Positions 10,208-20,839 of a stretch of DNA of 64,000 nucleotides are shown here, piece by piece (positions within the stretch are counted from its first letter, which is position 1; each line of letters begins with the position of its first letter). The notes below the pieces were generated by a model, which was not told where the DNA came from, searched no databases, and saw only the letters and a list, made by a program, of their open reading frames with translations. Position numbers and translations under genes: made by a program. Origin of the DNA: Trueperaceae bacterium (GTDB lineage: Bacteria > Deinococcota > Deinococci > Deinococcales > Trueperaceae); assembly GCA_965213705.1 (NCBI GenBank), contig OZ243913.1, positions 3,776,001 through 3,840,000 of the forward strand, in the 5' to 3' direction.

Positions 10208-11712
10208 TAGCCCTCGAGCGCCAGCAAAAACGGGTCCTCAATGGCGGTGCAAACCCAGCGCAAAAACCGCGCCGCCTGCGCCCCGTCGATAAGGCGGTGG
10301 TCGTAAGTGAGCGCGAGCGGCATCATCATCCGGGGAACGAACGCGCTCGTTTCCTTGTTCCAGACAGGTTCCATCGTCCCACGCGAGACACCCAGAATCG
10401 CCACGTCCGGCGGGTTGACGATGGGCGTGAAGTTCGTGCCGCCGATGCCGCCCAGGTTCGAGATGTTGAAGTTGCCGCCCTGCATGTCGTCGGGGGCGAG
10501 TTTGCGGTCTCTGGCTTTCTCCGCCAACTCGCCGAGTTCCTGCGCGAGGTCGACCATGTTTTTGCGGTCGGCGTGTTTGATGACCGGCACCAACAGCCCG
10601 TTCGGCGTGTCCACCGCCACGCCGATGTTGACGTAGTGCTTATAGACAATCTCGTTGCTCGATGTGTCGATAGAGGCGTTGAAGTCCGGGAACTTGCGCA
10701 GCGCCCCGGCGAGCACTTTGATGAGCATGGCGGTCGGGGTGAGTTTGGCACCCACCGCCTCGGCCTTGGGGCCATACCTTTTGCGCAATACTTCAAACTC
10801 GGTGATGTCGGCGCGGTCGAACTGGGTGACCATCGGCACGCTTGACCAGGCTTGGGTCATCGCCCGCACCGTGGCTTTGCGGATGCCGGACATAGGCGCG
10901 CGTTCGGTCTCGCCCCACTTGCCGAAGTCGGGCAGGGGCGGCGCTTCTATTTTTTGGGCAGGCGCAGGGGTGGGGGCAGAGGCCGATGTGGCGGGCGCTT
11001 GCGGGCTCGGCGCGCCGTTTTCGGCGTACTGCCGCACGTCCTGGGCCGAGATGCGCCCCAATACGCCCGAGCCTGCTACCTCGCGCAAGTCGACGCCCAT
11101 CTCGCGCGCCAGGCGCCGCACCGACGGCGCGGCGGGGATGTGGGGCTCGTCGCTCGGCTCGTTCGGCGAGGGTTTGGGAACCGGGGTGTACTGCTCTTTG
11201 CGGTCGACATCGGCGGCAGCGGAGCCGGAGGCTTGTGAGCTGGCTGTTTCTGAAACGGACGGTTTTGAGTCAGGTGTTTTCGAGGCGGACGACTCGGCTT
11301 CAGGAGACTTTTCCGCGGCCGGGTCTTTTTGTTCCGCTTGGGCCGCTGCCTGCTCTTTCTGCGCTTCGTCTTCGGAAGCATCGGGCTCGAGCGCCGCTTC
11401 GTCTTCCGTCGCCTGTTCAGCGCCGCCCTCGTCGGGCGCGGCTTCGTCGGCAGCCTCATCGGTCGCTTCCGCCGCTTCGCCCTCCCCCACCGTCAGGATG
11501 GTTTGGCCGACCTTGGCTTCCTCGTTCGCCTTGACGTTGATGGACTGCACCACGCCGCTGACGCCGGACGGGACCTCGACGACCGCCTTGTCGGTCTCTA
11601 ATTCAATCACCGGCTGGTCTTTTTCGACCGTGTCGCCAACCGCCACGAGAATACCGACGACGATGCCCGAATCTATGCCTTCGCCCACCTCGGGCAACTT
11701 GAATTCTGCCAC
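10207..11712 (-). CDS. aceF: Pyruvate dehydrogenase E2 (dihydrolipoamide acetyltransferase), single lipoyl domain
   Basis: [11 protein letters not shown] lipoyl site, [11 protein letters not shown] binding domain, DHRLIDG catalytic motif. Confidence 0.93.
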   Translation of the reverse strand: MAEFKLPEVGEGIDSGIVVGILVAVGDTVEKDQPVIELETDKAVVEVPSGVSGVVQSINVKANEEAKVGQTILTVGEGEAAEATDEAADEAAPDEGGAEQATEDEAALEPDASEDEAQKEQAAAQAEQKDPAAEKSPEAESSASKTPDSKPSVSETASSQASGSAAADVDRKEQYTPVPKPSPNEPSDEPHIPAAPSVRRLAREMGVDLREVAGSGVLGRISAQDVRQYAENGAPSPQAPATSASAPTPAPAQKIEAPPLPDFGKWGETERAPMSGIRKATVRAMTQAWSSVPMVTQFDRADITEFEVLRKRYGPKAEAVGAKLTPTAMLIKVLAGALRKFPDFNASIDTSSNEIVYKHYVNIGVAVDTPNGLLVPVIKHADRKNMVDLAQELGELAEKARDRKLAPDDMQGGNFNISNLGGIGGTNFTPIVNPPDVAILGVSRGTMEPVWNKETSAFVPRMMMPLALTYDHRLIDGAQAARFLRWVCTAIEDPFLLALEG

Positions 11713-11744
11713 GGAACGCTCCTTCGAAAACGCTAAACGTCTAA

Positions 11745-14468
11745 CTAGACCTCGTACGGGCTGAGTTTATCAGGATTGACGCTCAAGTCTTTGATGGCTT
11801 TGGCAACCGTCGCGGCGTCGACTTCGCCCTCTTGCTGGAGCGCGTAAAGCGTCGCCACGGCGATGTGCGCGGCGTTGACCTCGAAAAAGGCCCGCAACTC
11901 CTCCCGCGCCTCGCTGCGCCCGTAGCCGTCGGTGCCGAGGCTGTAGATGGGTTTGGGCAGGTGCCGCGCGAGCGCGTCGGGCAAAATCTTCATGTAGTCC
12001 GAGGCGGCGACGAGCACGCCCTTGGCATCTTTGAGTTGGTCGAAAACGTAGGAGGTTTTCGGCGTTTCTTCCGGGTGGAGCCGGTTCCAGCGGTCAACCA
12101 TCAGCGCGTCGCGGTGGAGTTCTTTGTACGAGGTGACGCTCCACACGTCGGCGGCGACTTTGTAATCTTCCAAAATCTCCTGCGCTTTCAAAACCTCGTT
12201 CATAATCGAGCCGCTGCCGAACAGGTGGGCTTTCAATTTGCTGCGCTTTTTACCGGACGGTTTGAAGCGGTACAAGCCTTTTAAGATGCCGGTCTCGAGC
12301 GCCTCCCGCTCGAGGTGCTCGGGCACCTGCGGCTGCGCGTAGTTCTCGTTGCCGATGGTGAGGTAGTAAAAAAGGTCTTCTTGTTCCTCGTACATCCGCC
12401 TCATTCCCTCGCGGATGATGACGGCCATCTCAAAAGCGAACGAGGGGTCGTAAGCTTTTAGGTTGGGCAGCGGATACGCCAGCAGGTGCGAGTGGCCGTC
12501 CTGGTGCTGCAAACCCTCACCCGCTAAAGTCGTGCGGCCCGCCGTCGCGCCGAGCATAAAGCCCTTGGTGCGCATGTCGCCCGCCGCCCAGGCGAGGTCG
12601 CCTATCCGCTGAAAGCCGAACATCGAGTAGTAGATGAAAAACGGAATCGTGTTGACGCCGTGCGTCGCGTAAGCCGTGCCCGCCGCGATAAACGACGACA
12701 TCGAGCCCGCCTCGGTGATGCCCTCTTCTAAAATCTGACCGTCTTTGGACTCTTTGTAGTAGAGGAGGTTGTCGCTGTCCACCGGGTCGTAAAGCTGCCC
12801 GACGTGCGAGTAGATGCCGATTTGCCGGAACAGCGCCTCCATCCCGAAGGTGCGCGCCTCGTCGGGGATAATCGGGACGACGAGACGACCCCAGGTTTCG
12901 TCGCGGAGCAGTTTGCGCAAAATCGTTACAAAGACCATCGTGGTCGAGACCTCACGGTCACCGGTGCCGTCCATAAACTCTTGGAAAGCCTCGCGGCTCG
13001 GCGCTTCAATCGGCTCGGCCTTGACGACGCGCTTGGGGATGAAGCCGCCCAACTCTTCGCGCCGCGCGACGAGGTAGCGAAACTCGTCGCTGTCCTCGTC
13101 GGGTTTGTAGAAGGGGAACTTGCCGATTTCTTCGTCGCTGACCGGAACTTTGAAGCGGTCGCGGAAGGCTTTCAGTTCGTCCTCGTTCAGTTTTTTCTGC
13201 TGGTGGGTGATGTTTTTGCCCTCGCCGGTTTCGCCTAAGCCGTAACCTTTGACGGTGCGCGCCAGGATGACGGTCGGCGAGCCCTTGTGGTCGGTCGCCT
13301 TTTTATAGGCCGCGTAAACCTTGATAGGGTCGTGGCCGCCGCGGTTGAGTTTGGACAAGTCCTCGTCGCTCCAGCCTTCGATGAGCGCCTTTAGTTCGGG
13401 CGTGTCGAAAAAGTGCTCGCGCAGTTCCGCGCCGCCGAAGGCCGCGTAGCGCTGCGACTCGCCGTCGACGAGTTTGGCGAAGCGCTCGAGCAACACCCCG
13501 CGGTCGTCTTTTTCCAACAACTTGTCCCACACCGAGCCCCAGGTCACCTTGATGACGTTCCAACCCGCGCCGCGGAAGGACGCCTCCAACTCCTGAATAA
13601 TCTGCCCGTTGCCGTGAACGGGGCCGTCCAAGCGTTGCAGGTTGCAGTTGACGACCCAGATGAGGTTGTCGAGTTTTTCGCGCCCCGCGTGGCGAATCGC
13701 GCCCAGGGTTTCGGGCTCGTCGGTCTCGCCGTCGCCCAAAAAGGCCCAAACTTTCGCGTCGCCGTGCTCTTTCAGGCCGCGGTCTTCTAAGTAGCGGTTG
13801 AAGCGCGCCTGGTAAATCGACATAATCGGTCCCAAACCCATCGACACCGTCGGGAACTGCCAATAGTCGGGCATGAGCCAGGGGTGCGGGTAGGACGACA
13901 AGCCGGGCTCGTCTTGAAGTTCGCGGCGGAAGTTACGCATCTTTTCCACCGGAATGCGCCGCTCGATGTAGCTCCGCGCGTAAATGCCGGGCGAGGCGTG
14001 GCCCTGATAGTAGATGAGGTCGCGGTCGAGTCCGGCCTCGACCCCGCGGAAAAAGTGGTTGAAACCGACCTCGTACAGCGTCGCCGCCGAAGCGTAGGTT
14101 GAAATATGCCCGCCGATGCCGTCGGACATCTTGTTGGCCCGCACCACCATCGCCATTGCGTTCCAGCGGATGAGGTTGCGTATTCGCCGCTCTAGTTCCA
14201 AGTCACCCGGATACTCGGGCTCGTCCTCGGTCGGGATGGTGTTGATGTAGGGCGTCTGCGCGGTGAAGGGGATTTTCACGCCGTGTCTGTGCGCGTGCTC
14301 CTCCAGGCGCTCCAAAATCTCGTTCACGCGTTCAGCGCCGCCCGAGGCGAGGACGTAGTCGAGGGACTCGAGCCACTCCCTCATCTCCAGGGTGTTGAGG
14401 TTTTTCAGTTCGCCGGGCTCGAGCTGCGAGCGGTCGATGTTCAAAATCTCGTCCAGCACGTCTGCCAT
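11745..14468 (-). CDS. aceE: Pyruvate dehydrogenase E1, homodimeric type
   Basis: [47 protein letters not shown]; start set at MADVLDE with a GAGGAG RBS. Confidence 0.96.
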   Translation of the reverse strand: MADVLDEILNIDRSQLEPGELKNLNTLEMREWLESLDYVLASGGAERVNEILERLEEHAHRHGVKIPFTAQTPYINTIPTEDEPEYPGDLELERRIRNLIRWNAMAMVVRANKMSDGIGGHISTYASAATLYEVGFNHFFRGVEAGLDRDLIYYQGHASPGIYARSYIERRIPVEKMRNFRRELQDEPGLSSYPHPWLMPDYWQFPTVSMGLGPIMSIYQARFNRYLEDRGLKEHGDAKVWAFLGDGETDEPETLGAIRHAGREKLDNLIWVVNCNLQRLDGPVHGNGQIIQELEASFRGAGWNVIKVTWGSVWDKLLEKDDRGVLLERFAKLVDGESQRYAAFGGAELREHFFDTPELKALIEGWSDEDLSKLNRGGHDPIKVYAAYKKATDHKGSPTVILARTVKGYGLGETGEGKNITHQQKKLNEDELKAFRDRFKVPVSDEEIGKFPFYKPDEDSDEFRYLVARREELGGFIPKRVVKAEPIEAPSREAFQEFMDGTGDREVSTTMVFVTILRKLLRDETWGRLVVPIIPDEARTFGMEALFRQIGIYSHVGQLYDPVDSDNLLYYKESKDGQILEEGITEAGSMSSFIAAGTAYATHGVNTIPFFIYYSMFGFQRIGDLAWAAGDMRTKGFMLGATAGRTTLAGEGLQHQDGHSHLLAYPLPNLKAYDPSFAFEMAVIIREGMRRMYEEQEDLFYYLTIGNENYAQPQVPEHLEREALETGILKGLYRFKPSGKKRSKLKAHLFGSGSIMNEVLKAQEILEDYKVAADVWSVTSYKELHRDALMVDRWNRLHPEETPKTSYVFDQLKDAKGVLVAASDYMKILPDALARHLPKPIYSLGTDGYGRSEAREELRAFFEVNAAHIAVATLYALQQEGEVDAATVAKAIKDLSVNPDKLSPYEV

Positions 14469-14643
14469 TTTGCTTGCTCCTCTCAAAAAGGTGACGCCCG
14501 TGGGGGCGGAAAGTAGGTCGGGGCTTTTGCTTTTCTCAGTGTACCGCACGGCACTCACTCGCCAAGTCCGGCAAGTCTAAAGCCGGGCCGACACGCGCGC
14601 CGTAGCGTGAGGCTGATTCGGTGCCGGCAGCTATAATAAGACT

Positions 14644-14853
14644 ATGAAACCCGACCGGTCGGACTGGCCCGTGAACGTTTATAAACTGGGTGAAGAGCCG
14701 GGCGAGGACTTGTCGGCGACCACGACTCCGGCTCAGCGCCTCGCTATGATGTGGCCGCTCGCGCTCGAAGCCTGGGCGCTGATGGGGAAAGAGTTGCCGG
14801 ACTACGACCGGGCCAACATGCCGGTGGTCGTTTTTTACCGGGACCTTACTTGA
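14644..14853 (+). CDS. Small hypothetical protein, putative partner of the downstream nucleotidyltransferase
   Basis: Perfect TATAAT 6 nt before ATG; stop overlaps the next start (TTGA). Confidence 0.7.
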   Translation: MKPDRSDWPVNVYKLGEEPGEDLSATTTPAQRLAMMWPLALEAWALMGKELPDYDRANMPVVVFYRDLT

Positions 14854-15314
14854 ACGAGGATTTTCTGGACATTTTGGAGGCTCTACTCGCTGCGGGCGCG
14901 ACGTTTCTCGTCGTCGGAGCGCACGCTATGACCGTTTATGGCGTACCCCGCACGACCGGCGACCTCGATATTTGGGTCGAGCCGAACCAGGAGAATGCGG
15001 CGCGGGTTTGGCAAGCGCTGCTCGAGTTCGGCGCGCCGGTGGCAGCCTTGGGCTTGAGCGAAACGGACTTTGCCAAGCCCGACATCGTCGTTCAGCTCGG
15101 GTTGCCGCCCAGGCGTATCGACATCATGACAAAGATAAGCGGTTTGGACTTCGGGCGAGCCTGGCGAACGAAAATAACTCATCCGGCCGAACACCTGACG
15201 GTTCCGTTCATAGGCCGTGACGCCTTTCTCATCAACAAAAAAGCGGCCGGCAGACTCAAAGACTTAGCCGATGTAGAGATGCTGCAAAATTCGAACCGAA
15301 CCGACAAACCTTAA
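14850..15314 (+). CDS. Nucleotidyltransferase-fold protein (DUF6036/DUF2204-like)
   Basis: FLVVGAHA...PRTTGDLDIWV and C-terminal NKKAAGRLKDLADV; TTG start at 14850. Confidence 0.8.
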   Translation: MNEDFLDILEALLAAGATFLVVGAHAMTVYGVPRTTGDLDIWVEPNQENAARVWQALLEFGAPVAALGLSETDFAKPDIVVQLGLPPRRIDIMTKISGLDFGRAWRTKITHPAEHLTVPFIGRDAFLINKKAAGRLKDLADVEMLQNSNRTDKP

Positions 15315-15323
15315 CACCGACGC

Positions 15324-15545
15324 TTATTCTCCCTTGAGCAACCAAGCCACACCATTCAAAACAAAACTGAGAACGATGCTCACCAGCAGCATCGAGGTAA
15401 AAGGGATGAAAACCCGGCTCGAGCCCCGCTCGAACCGCAAGTCGCCGGGCAGGTGGCCGAACCAGCTCAAGGCTTTCGGGAAAACGAGCCAGAGTGCGCC
15501 TATCCCGACGATTATCAAGCCGAATAGGATGAGTGCCTTTGCCGT
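15324..15545 (-). CDS. DUF2905-family small membrane protein; apparent start codon is ACG
   Basis: WFGHLPGDLRFERG...FIPFTSMLLVS; frame extends to (ACG)AKALILFGL with TATTCT 6 nt upstream. Confidence 0.75.
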   Translation of the reverse strand, partial: TAKALILFGLIIVGIGALWLVFPKALSWFGHLPGDLRFERGSSRVFIPFTSMLLVSIVLSFVLNGVAWLLKGE

Positions 15546-15620
15546 ACTTTAAGAATAGCGTGGGGACTCGAGCCGTAAAGGCTCTTCCAGTCAACCTGGT
15601 CCGAAGACCCACGTATTTTC

Positions 15621-15632
15621 GTAAGCGGTTAC
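15621..15632. promoter_or_regulatory. LacI-family operator-like site GTAAGCGGTTAC (copy 1)
   Basis: Near-palindrome with central CG, identical to copy 2, upstream of a LacI gene. Confidence 0.7.
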
Positions 15633-15696
15633 AAAACGTTCAAACCCCGCCCCTGCGCAAATTTCAGCCCTTAGCAGTTTTGGTGAAGCTGGGTAG

Positions 15697-15725
15697 TTGA
15701 CATGGCGTCTGCGCGAGAGTAAGCT
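15697..15725 (+). promoter_or_regulatory. sigma70-type promoter TTGACA-N17-TAAGCT
   Basis: Perfect -35, 17-bp spacer, TANNNT -10, lying between the two operators. Confidence 0.7.
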
Positions 15726-15740
15726 GGTTTGACTAAAAAT

Positions 15741-15752
15741 GTAAGCGGTTAC
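15741..15752. promoter_or_regulatory. LacI-family operator-like site GTAAGCGGTTAC (copy 2)
   Basis: Just downstream of the predicted TSS, 120 bp from copy 1. Confidence 0.7.
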
Positions 15753-15781
15753 GACCGAAAGTTGCCCAAGGGGGGTGAAGG

Positions 15782-16771
15782 GTGGTCGTCGCGGTGCCCG
15801 CAGACTTAAACACATTGACCATCAAAGACGTGGCTCGAGAGGCCGGCGTCTCCACCGGCACCGTGAGCCGCGTGCTCAACAAACGTGCCGGCGTTCGGTC
15901 TGAAACGCGCGAGGCCGTCCTGGCGACGGTGGAACGTCTCGACTACCGCCCGGATGTGGCCGCTCGAGAGCTTTCCTCACGGCAAACCACCCGCGTCGGG
16001 CTCAGCATCTCCAAAGCGAGCCGCCGACTCACCCCGTTTTTTATGCTTTTCTTGGAACACATCGTTACCGAGTTGCAGACCGGCGGCTACCGCGTCGAGG
16101 AAGTGCCGACCCGCTTCGACGGTTTGCCCGAACGCTTGGGCGACGCCGTGGTGCTGTTCGGCGCGCACGACGACGACCCGCGCGTGCCTCACCTGCAAGA
16201 CAAAAACATACCCTTCGTCCTCGTCGGCCATCAGGAAAACGTGCGCTACATCATGCCGGACGACTTTGATGGCGGTTTGCAGGCGACGAACCACCTGTTG
16301 CGCTTGGGCCACCGCGAGATTGTCCACCTGGGCGGCCCCCGCCACGCTCAAGTCGCCTTCGACCGCTACTCGGGTTACGGCGCGGCTTTGCGAGCTGCGG
16401 GGCGGGAAGTGGACGAGTCTTACGTGCTCGAGGGCGACTTTTCCAGCCTCGAGGCTTACCGCGCCCTGCGCAAAGCCTACGCGAACGGCCTGCGCTTCAG
16501 CGCCGTGTTCGCCGCTTCGGACGAGATGGCCCTGGGCGTGCTGGCGGCCCTGGAGGACTTGGGCTCAAACGTCCCCGGCGACGTGTCGGTCGTCGGTTTC
16601 GACGACCTACCTGAAGTCGGCGAGGGGCTGACCACGGTGCGGCAAGACATAGGGGACATCGCGGCGAGGGCCGTCAAACTCCTCAAGGAGGGTTTGCGCG
16701 GCGAACCCGTGCGCTCCGAAACGGTCCCGGTCAAGCTCATCGTGCGCGGCACGACCGCGCGGAAGCGTTAA
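15782..16771 (+). CDS. LacI family transcriptional regulator
   Basis: TIKDVAREAGVSTGTVSRVLN HTH; VSVVGFDD; LIVRGTT. Confidence 0.95.
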   Translation: MVVAVPADLNTLTIKDVAREAGVSTGTVSRVLNKRAGVRSETREAVLATVERLDYRPDVAARELSSRQTTRVGLSISKASRRLTPFFMLFLEHIVTELQTGGYRVEEVPTRFDGLPERLGDAVVLFGAHDDDPRVPHLQDKNIPFVLVGHQENVRYIMPDDFDGGLQATNHLLRLGHREIVHLGGPRHAQVAFDRYSGYGAALRAAGREVDESYVLEGDFSSLEAYRALRKAYANGLRFSAVFAASDEMALGVLAALEDLGSNVPGDVSVVGFDDLPEVGEGLTTVRQDIGDIAARAVKLLKEGLRGEPVRSETVPVKLIVRGTTARKR

Positions 16772-16852
16772 AGGAGGTGATGTCCGTTTGAAAAACCCGT
16801 CCGTTTGCTGACCTTCGACCTTTCATCACGTTAAGTCTCTGGGAGGAAATAC

Positions 16853-18085
16853 ATGAAGAAAATCCTGTTGCTACTCGTCTCACTCGCCCTCTTCGGCGCT
16901 GCCCTGGCGCAGACCACCGTGCGCATTATGGGCTACGGCGGCCAAGACCCGGCCATCGTCCAGCGGCTCCTGAGCGACGTTATCGGCGACGAACTTGAAG
17001 CCGAAAACATCACCATCCAGTACGAGCCTTTGGAAGGCGACTACAACGCCGCTCTCACCAACGCGCTCTCAGCCGGCACCGCCGCCGACCTGTTTTACCT
17101 GCCCGGCGAGACCGCGCCCGGTTTTATCGCCACGGGTAAGGTGTTGCCGCTGAACGACCTGGTGGACTCTTCAGTCTACTTAGACAACCTCAATCAAACC
17201 TTCACCCAAGACGGCAACCTTTACGGCATCGCCAAAGACTTCAACACGCTGGCCGTTTTTTACAACAAAGACCTGTTTGACGAGGCCGGGGTCGAGTACC
17301 CGAACGCCGACGACGATTGGAACACTTTCGCCGACAAACTTCGGGCCGTCAACGACTTGGGCGACGACGTGTACGGCGCTTGCTTGCCCGCCGACTTCGC
17401 GCGTTTGGGCGCGTTCGCCTTCGCCAACGGCTGGCAGCCGTTCGGTGAAGACGGCACTGCGAACTTACAAGACCCGGCGTTCGTCGAAGCTTTCGACTGG
17501 TACACCGGCCTGGTACAAGAGGGTGTCGCGGTGCAACCCAGCGACATCGGCGCGGGCTGGCCCGGCGACTGTTTAGCCAAAGAACAGTCGGCCGTCGCCA
17601 TCGAAGGGGCCTGGATGCTCGGCTTTTTACGCGACCAAGCGCCCAACTTGCAGTACGGCACCACACTGTTGCCCAAGTCGCCGACCACGGATGAGCGCGG
17701 CAACTACATCTACACCGTCGCCTGGGCCGTCAACGCCGACTCGCCCAACCAAGAAGCCGCCGTCAAAGTGTTGGAGGCTTTGACGAGCGAAGAAACGCAG
17801 CAGTTCATCTTAGAGCAAGGCCTCGCCATCCCGAGCCGTTCGGCCCTGAGCGAGAACAGCTACTTCGAGCAGGACACGCCCGAGGCCCAAGCCAACCAGA
17901 CCGTCTTCGCAGGCGCGTCCGACGGCAACGTACTGGGCTACCAGTTCGGCGCGGTCGGCACCGACTACGGCGCGCCCATCGCCAACGCCATGACGGCCGT
18001 CATGACCGGCCAGAGCGACAGCGCTACCGCGCTGCAAGAAGCCCAAACCGAACTCGACGCCACCATTCAAAGGACGCAGCAGTAA
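16853..18085 (+). CDS. Carbohydrate ABC transporter substrate-binding protein
   Basis: Signal peptide; DGNLYGIAKD...FYNKDLFDEAGV. Confidence 0.92.
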   Translation: MKKILLLLVSLALFGAALAQTTVRIMGYGGQDPAIVQRLLSDVIGDELEAENITIQYEPLEGDYNAALTNALSAGTAADLFYLPGETAPGFIATGKVLPLNDLVDSSVYLDNLNQTFTQDGNLYGIAKDFNTLAVFYNKDLFDEAGVEYPNADDDWNTFADKLRAVNDLGDDVYGACLPADFARLGAFAFANGWQPFGEDGTANLQDPAFVEAFDWYTGLVQEGVAVQPSDIGAGWPGDCLAKEQSAVAIEGAWMLGFLRDQAPNLQYGTTLLPKSPTTDERGNYIYTVAWAVNADSPNQEAAVKVLEALTSEETQQFILEQGLAIPSRSALSENSYFEQDTPEAQANQTVFAGASDGNVLGYQFGAVGTDYGAPIANAMTAVMTGQSDSATALQEAQTELDATIQRTQQ

Positions 18086-18095
18086 GGCACGTTCG

Positions 18096-18119
18096 GGGGT
18101 AGCCACCAAGGCTACCCCC
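18096..18119 (+). other. Intercistronic hairpin GGGGTAGCC-ACCAA-GGCTACCCC
   Basis: Perfect 9-bp stem after the SBP gene, typical of mRNA stabilisers in ABC operons. Confidence 0.65.
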
Positions 18120-18139
18120 ATTTGAAAGCAGGTGACGGG

Positions 18140-19249
18140 ATGAAAGCCAGGCAACAAGAAATCACCGCGGCCTATCTTTTCCTCGCCCCTTTTTTAATCA
18201 CCCTGGGGATTTTTTTCCTGTACGCCACGGTGCGGGCGATTTATTTCAGCTTTACCGACTACGACTTGTTCAACGCGCCCACCTGGGTGGGTTTGCGCAA
18301 CTACGCAAACCTGTTCCGCGAGGAGAACTTTCTCGTCGCGCTCAGGAACACGCTTGTCTTCGCGGCCGTCGTCACAACTTTGCAGACCTTCGGGGCGCTC
18401 GTCATGGCGGCGGCCTTGAACGTCAAGATTCGCGGCCTCAACTTTTTTCGGGCGGCTTACTACATGCCGAGCGTGACGAGCAGCGTGGTCATCACGCTCA
18501 TTTTCTTGTGGATGTACCAGCGGCAGGGCTTGTTCAACTTCTTAGCGACGCAGTTCAAAATCTATTCGCCTTTTTTGCTTGTCTTTGTCGGCATCTTGGT
18601 CGTCGCGCAGGTTGCGCAGGTGTTGTTCGAACGCGCTCGAGACCTGCCCGCCAAGTGGCTCGACCCGGCCTTGTTCGTGGTCGCCTTTCTCGTCGCGCTG
18701 GCCGGAACCTGGCTGCTCGCTTTCACGGGCGTGGTCAGCGCGCGCGACGTTCCCCCGGTCGACTTCGTGTGGCTGCAGACACGTCAAGAAGTGCCAGGCA
18801 GCTTCCCGTTTTCCTTGCGCGCCCCGGTGCCTCTCATCGCCATCATGATTCAAAATATTTTTACGACGATTCCCACCTTTATGCTGATGTTTTTGGCCGC
18901 ACTCCAAGACGTACCCGCGTCGCAGTACGAGGCCTCGTCTTTAGACGGCGCGACGCCGGTGCAGCAGTTTTTTTACATCACCATTCCCGCGGTGCAGCCG
19001 GTGACGTTTCTGGTCGTCACCCTGGGCCTCATCGGCACCTTGCAGATGTTCGACCAGGTGGCGATTTTTGGCGACGCGGTGCCGCTTAGAAGCGTCATCA
19101 CCCTGGCCTACTTCGTCTACGACCGCATGTTCCCCGGCGCGCAACTGCCCGAGGTCGGTTTCGCCTCGGCGGCGGCGATGTTCTTGGCCGCGCTGACGCT
19201 TGTCATCGTGCTGTTTCAACGCCTGTTCATTCGCTCGGGAGGTCGTTAA
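18140..19249 (+). CDS. Carbohydrate ABC permease (MalF-like) with internal insertion
   Basis: WVGLRNY, FFRAAYYMP, ALQDVP..YEASSLDGA loop. Confidence 0.92.
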   Translation: MKARQQEITAAYLFLAPFLITLGIFFLYATVRAIYFSFTDYDLFNAPTWVGLRNYANLFREENFLVALRNTLVFAAVVTTLQTFGALVMAAALNVKIRGLNFFRAAYYMPSVTSSVVITLIFLWMYQRQGLFNFLATQFKIYSPFLLVFVGILVVAQVAQVLFERARDLPAKWLDPALFVVAFLVALAGTWLLAFTGVVSARDVPPVDFVWLQTRQEVPGSFPFSLRAPVPLIAIMIQNIFTTIPTFMLMFLAALQDVPASQYEASSLDGATPVQQFFYITIPAVQPVTFLVVTLGLIGTLQMFDQVAIFGDAVPLRSVITLAYFVYDRMFPGAQLPEVGFASAAAMFLAALTLVIVLFQRLFIRSGGR

Positions 19250-20668
19250 ATGGCGCAGGCAACGTTGAGTACGGGGCGGCCCAAGGGCTTGAGCCAGCAG
19301 GAGTTCGAGCGTTGGAGCGCCCGTCGCCGCTGGGCAAGGGCGGGCATCATGTACACGGTGATGCTGTTTTTCGCGATTCTGTTTTTGGGGCCGCTGCTCT
19401 TTGCGACGGTCTCGAGCCTGAAAACCGACCCCCTGGAGTACCCCCCGACCCTCGCCATCCCGCAGTTTTCCCCGCGCAACTGGTCGGCGGCGGCGCAGCT
19501 CGGACAAGCGGGCGCGGGCGACCGTTTCTGGGGCGGTTTCGCGCCGGGTGCGTCGGTGCCCTTCAGCCTCACCTACTTCGTCGCCGACGGGCAAACCCCC
19601 GAAGCGCCCGAGGTCGTGGTGCCCAAACGGCGACCCGGCGGCGGTTTGGGCGCGGTCGTCAACATCGACTACGCCGCCGACTACGCCGAAGTGAGCCCGG
19701 TCGAACTGCTCGAGAGTGAGGCGGGCGAGTACCGCGGCGAAACGGGACAGTTCGTCACCTACGGTTTTACAGTCACCTATCCGGGCGACGGCCCCGACAT
19801 CGACCGCCTGCCCCTCGACATCACCGCGGCCCCGCGGCAGACGTTTGTGCGTTCGGAGTTGACGCAGACGCGGCTCGAGCGCCGCGGCCGGGTCGCCTCG
19901 TTCAACAACGTCACGCCGGGCGCGCTCGGCTTCGTCTTCAACAACTACCGCCGCGTGTTCGACGAGGCCAGGTCGATTACCACCAGACAAAGTTTGTTTC
20001 TAAACTGGATTGCCAACTCGTTCATCATCGCCATCGCCAAGGTTTTAACCACGCTGCTGTTCGCCTCGATGGCGGGCTACGCGCTGGCTAGATTGCAGTT
20101 CCCCGGCCGCGGGCTCATCTTCGTCCTCATCCTGTTCGCCCAGATGATTCCGGGGCAGGTCATCTTCATCTCGAACTACCTCGTGCTGCGGGACGGGATT
20201 TTCGGGTTGTCAAACCTGTGGGGTCAAGAGACGCTGCTCAACTCTCTTACCGGCGTCATCTTGTCCGGCTTGGTCGGTGCGGGCGCGGTCTTTATCATGA
20301 AGCAGTTTTTCGAGTCCATCCCGCGTGAAATTGAAGAGGCGGCGATGATTGACGGCACGAGCCAGTGGCGGCGCTACTGGAGCGTCGTGCTGCCGATGGC
20401 GCGGCCCGCGCTGGGCGCGCTCACCATCCTGACCTTTCAGGGAGCTTGGAACGAGTTTTTCTGGCCCTTCATCGTCCTCACCACGCCGGAGGACATCAAA
20501 ACGCTGCCCATCGGTCTGCTGACCTTTCGCAACATCTACGGCAACGCAGGCGACTGGGGGCTGATTTTGGCGGGCGCGGTGATGAGCGCGCTGCCGATTA
20601 TCATCCTGTTTGTGGTGTTTCAGCGCTACTTTTTGGAAGGCGTGTCTTACGGGGGGTCGAAGGAGTAA
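19250..20668 (+). CDS. Carbohydrate ABC permease (MalG-like) with large extracytoplasmic insertion
   Basis: AGYALARLQFPGR, SIPREIEEAAMIDG, WNEFFWP, FQRYFLEG. Confidence 0.92.
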   Translation: MAQATLSTGRPKGLSQQEFERWSARRRWARAGIMYTVMLFFAILFLGPLLFATVSSLKTDPLEYPPTLAIPQFSPRNWSAAAQLGQAGAGDRFWGGFAPGASVPFSLTYFVADGQTPEAPEVVVPKRRPGGGLGAVVNIDYAADYAEVSPVELLESEAGEYRGETGQFVTYGFTVTYPGDGPDIDRLPLDITAAPRQTFVRSELTQTRLERRGRVASFNNVTPGALGFVFNNYRRVFDEARSITTRQSLFLNWIANSFIIAIAKVLTTLLFASMAGYALARLQFPGRGLIFVLILFAQMIPGQVIFISNYLVLRDGIFGLSNLWGQETLLNSLTGVILSGLVGAGAVFIMKQFFESIPREIEEAAMIDGTSQWRRYWSVVLPMARPALGALTILTFQGAWNEFFWPFIVLTTPEDIKTLPIGLLTFRNIYGNAGDWGLILAGAVMSALPIIILFVVFQRYFLEGVSYGGSKE

Positions 20669-20827
20669 AGTACCGAGTACCGAGTGAAAAGGACCGAGTT
20701 GGGTAGTTCAGTCGCACATTCGGTGTTTGGTGCTCGAGACCGTCAAAGAACCGAAGACGAGACGTAAATACCGAATCAGACGATACCGTGCCGCACTCGG
20801 TACTAGGTACTCATCACTCGGTACTTT
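20667..20827. repeat. About 160-bp intergenic element bounded by inverted repeats AAAGTACCGAGT/ACTCGGTACTTT
   Basis: Perfect 12-bp terminal inverted repeats plus internal heptamer repeats. Confidence 0.75.
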
Positions 20828-20839
20828 TTTGGGAGCTTT

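Noticed and set aside
14469..14558. N-terminal extensions in the ORF track (aceE here; also mscL, csp, folD, ABC flippase, rfbC)
   Set aside because: RBS positions and family N-termini support the downstream starts used
20667..20827. Possible autonomous IS element
   Set aside because: No transposase and no clear target-site duplication; kept only as a repeat
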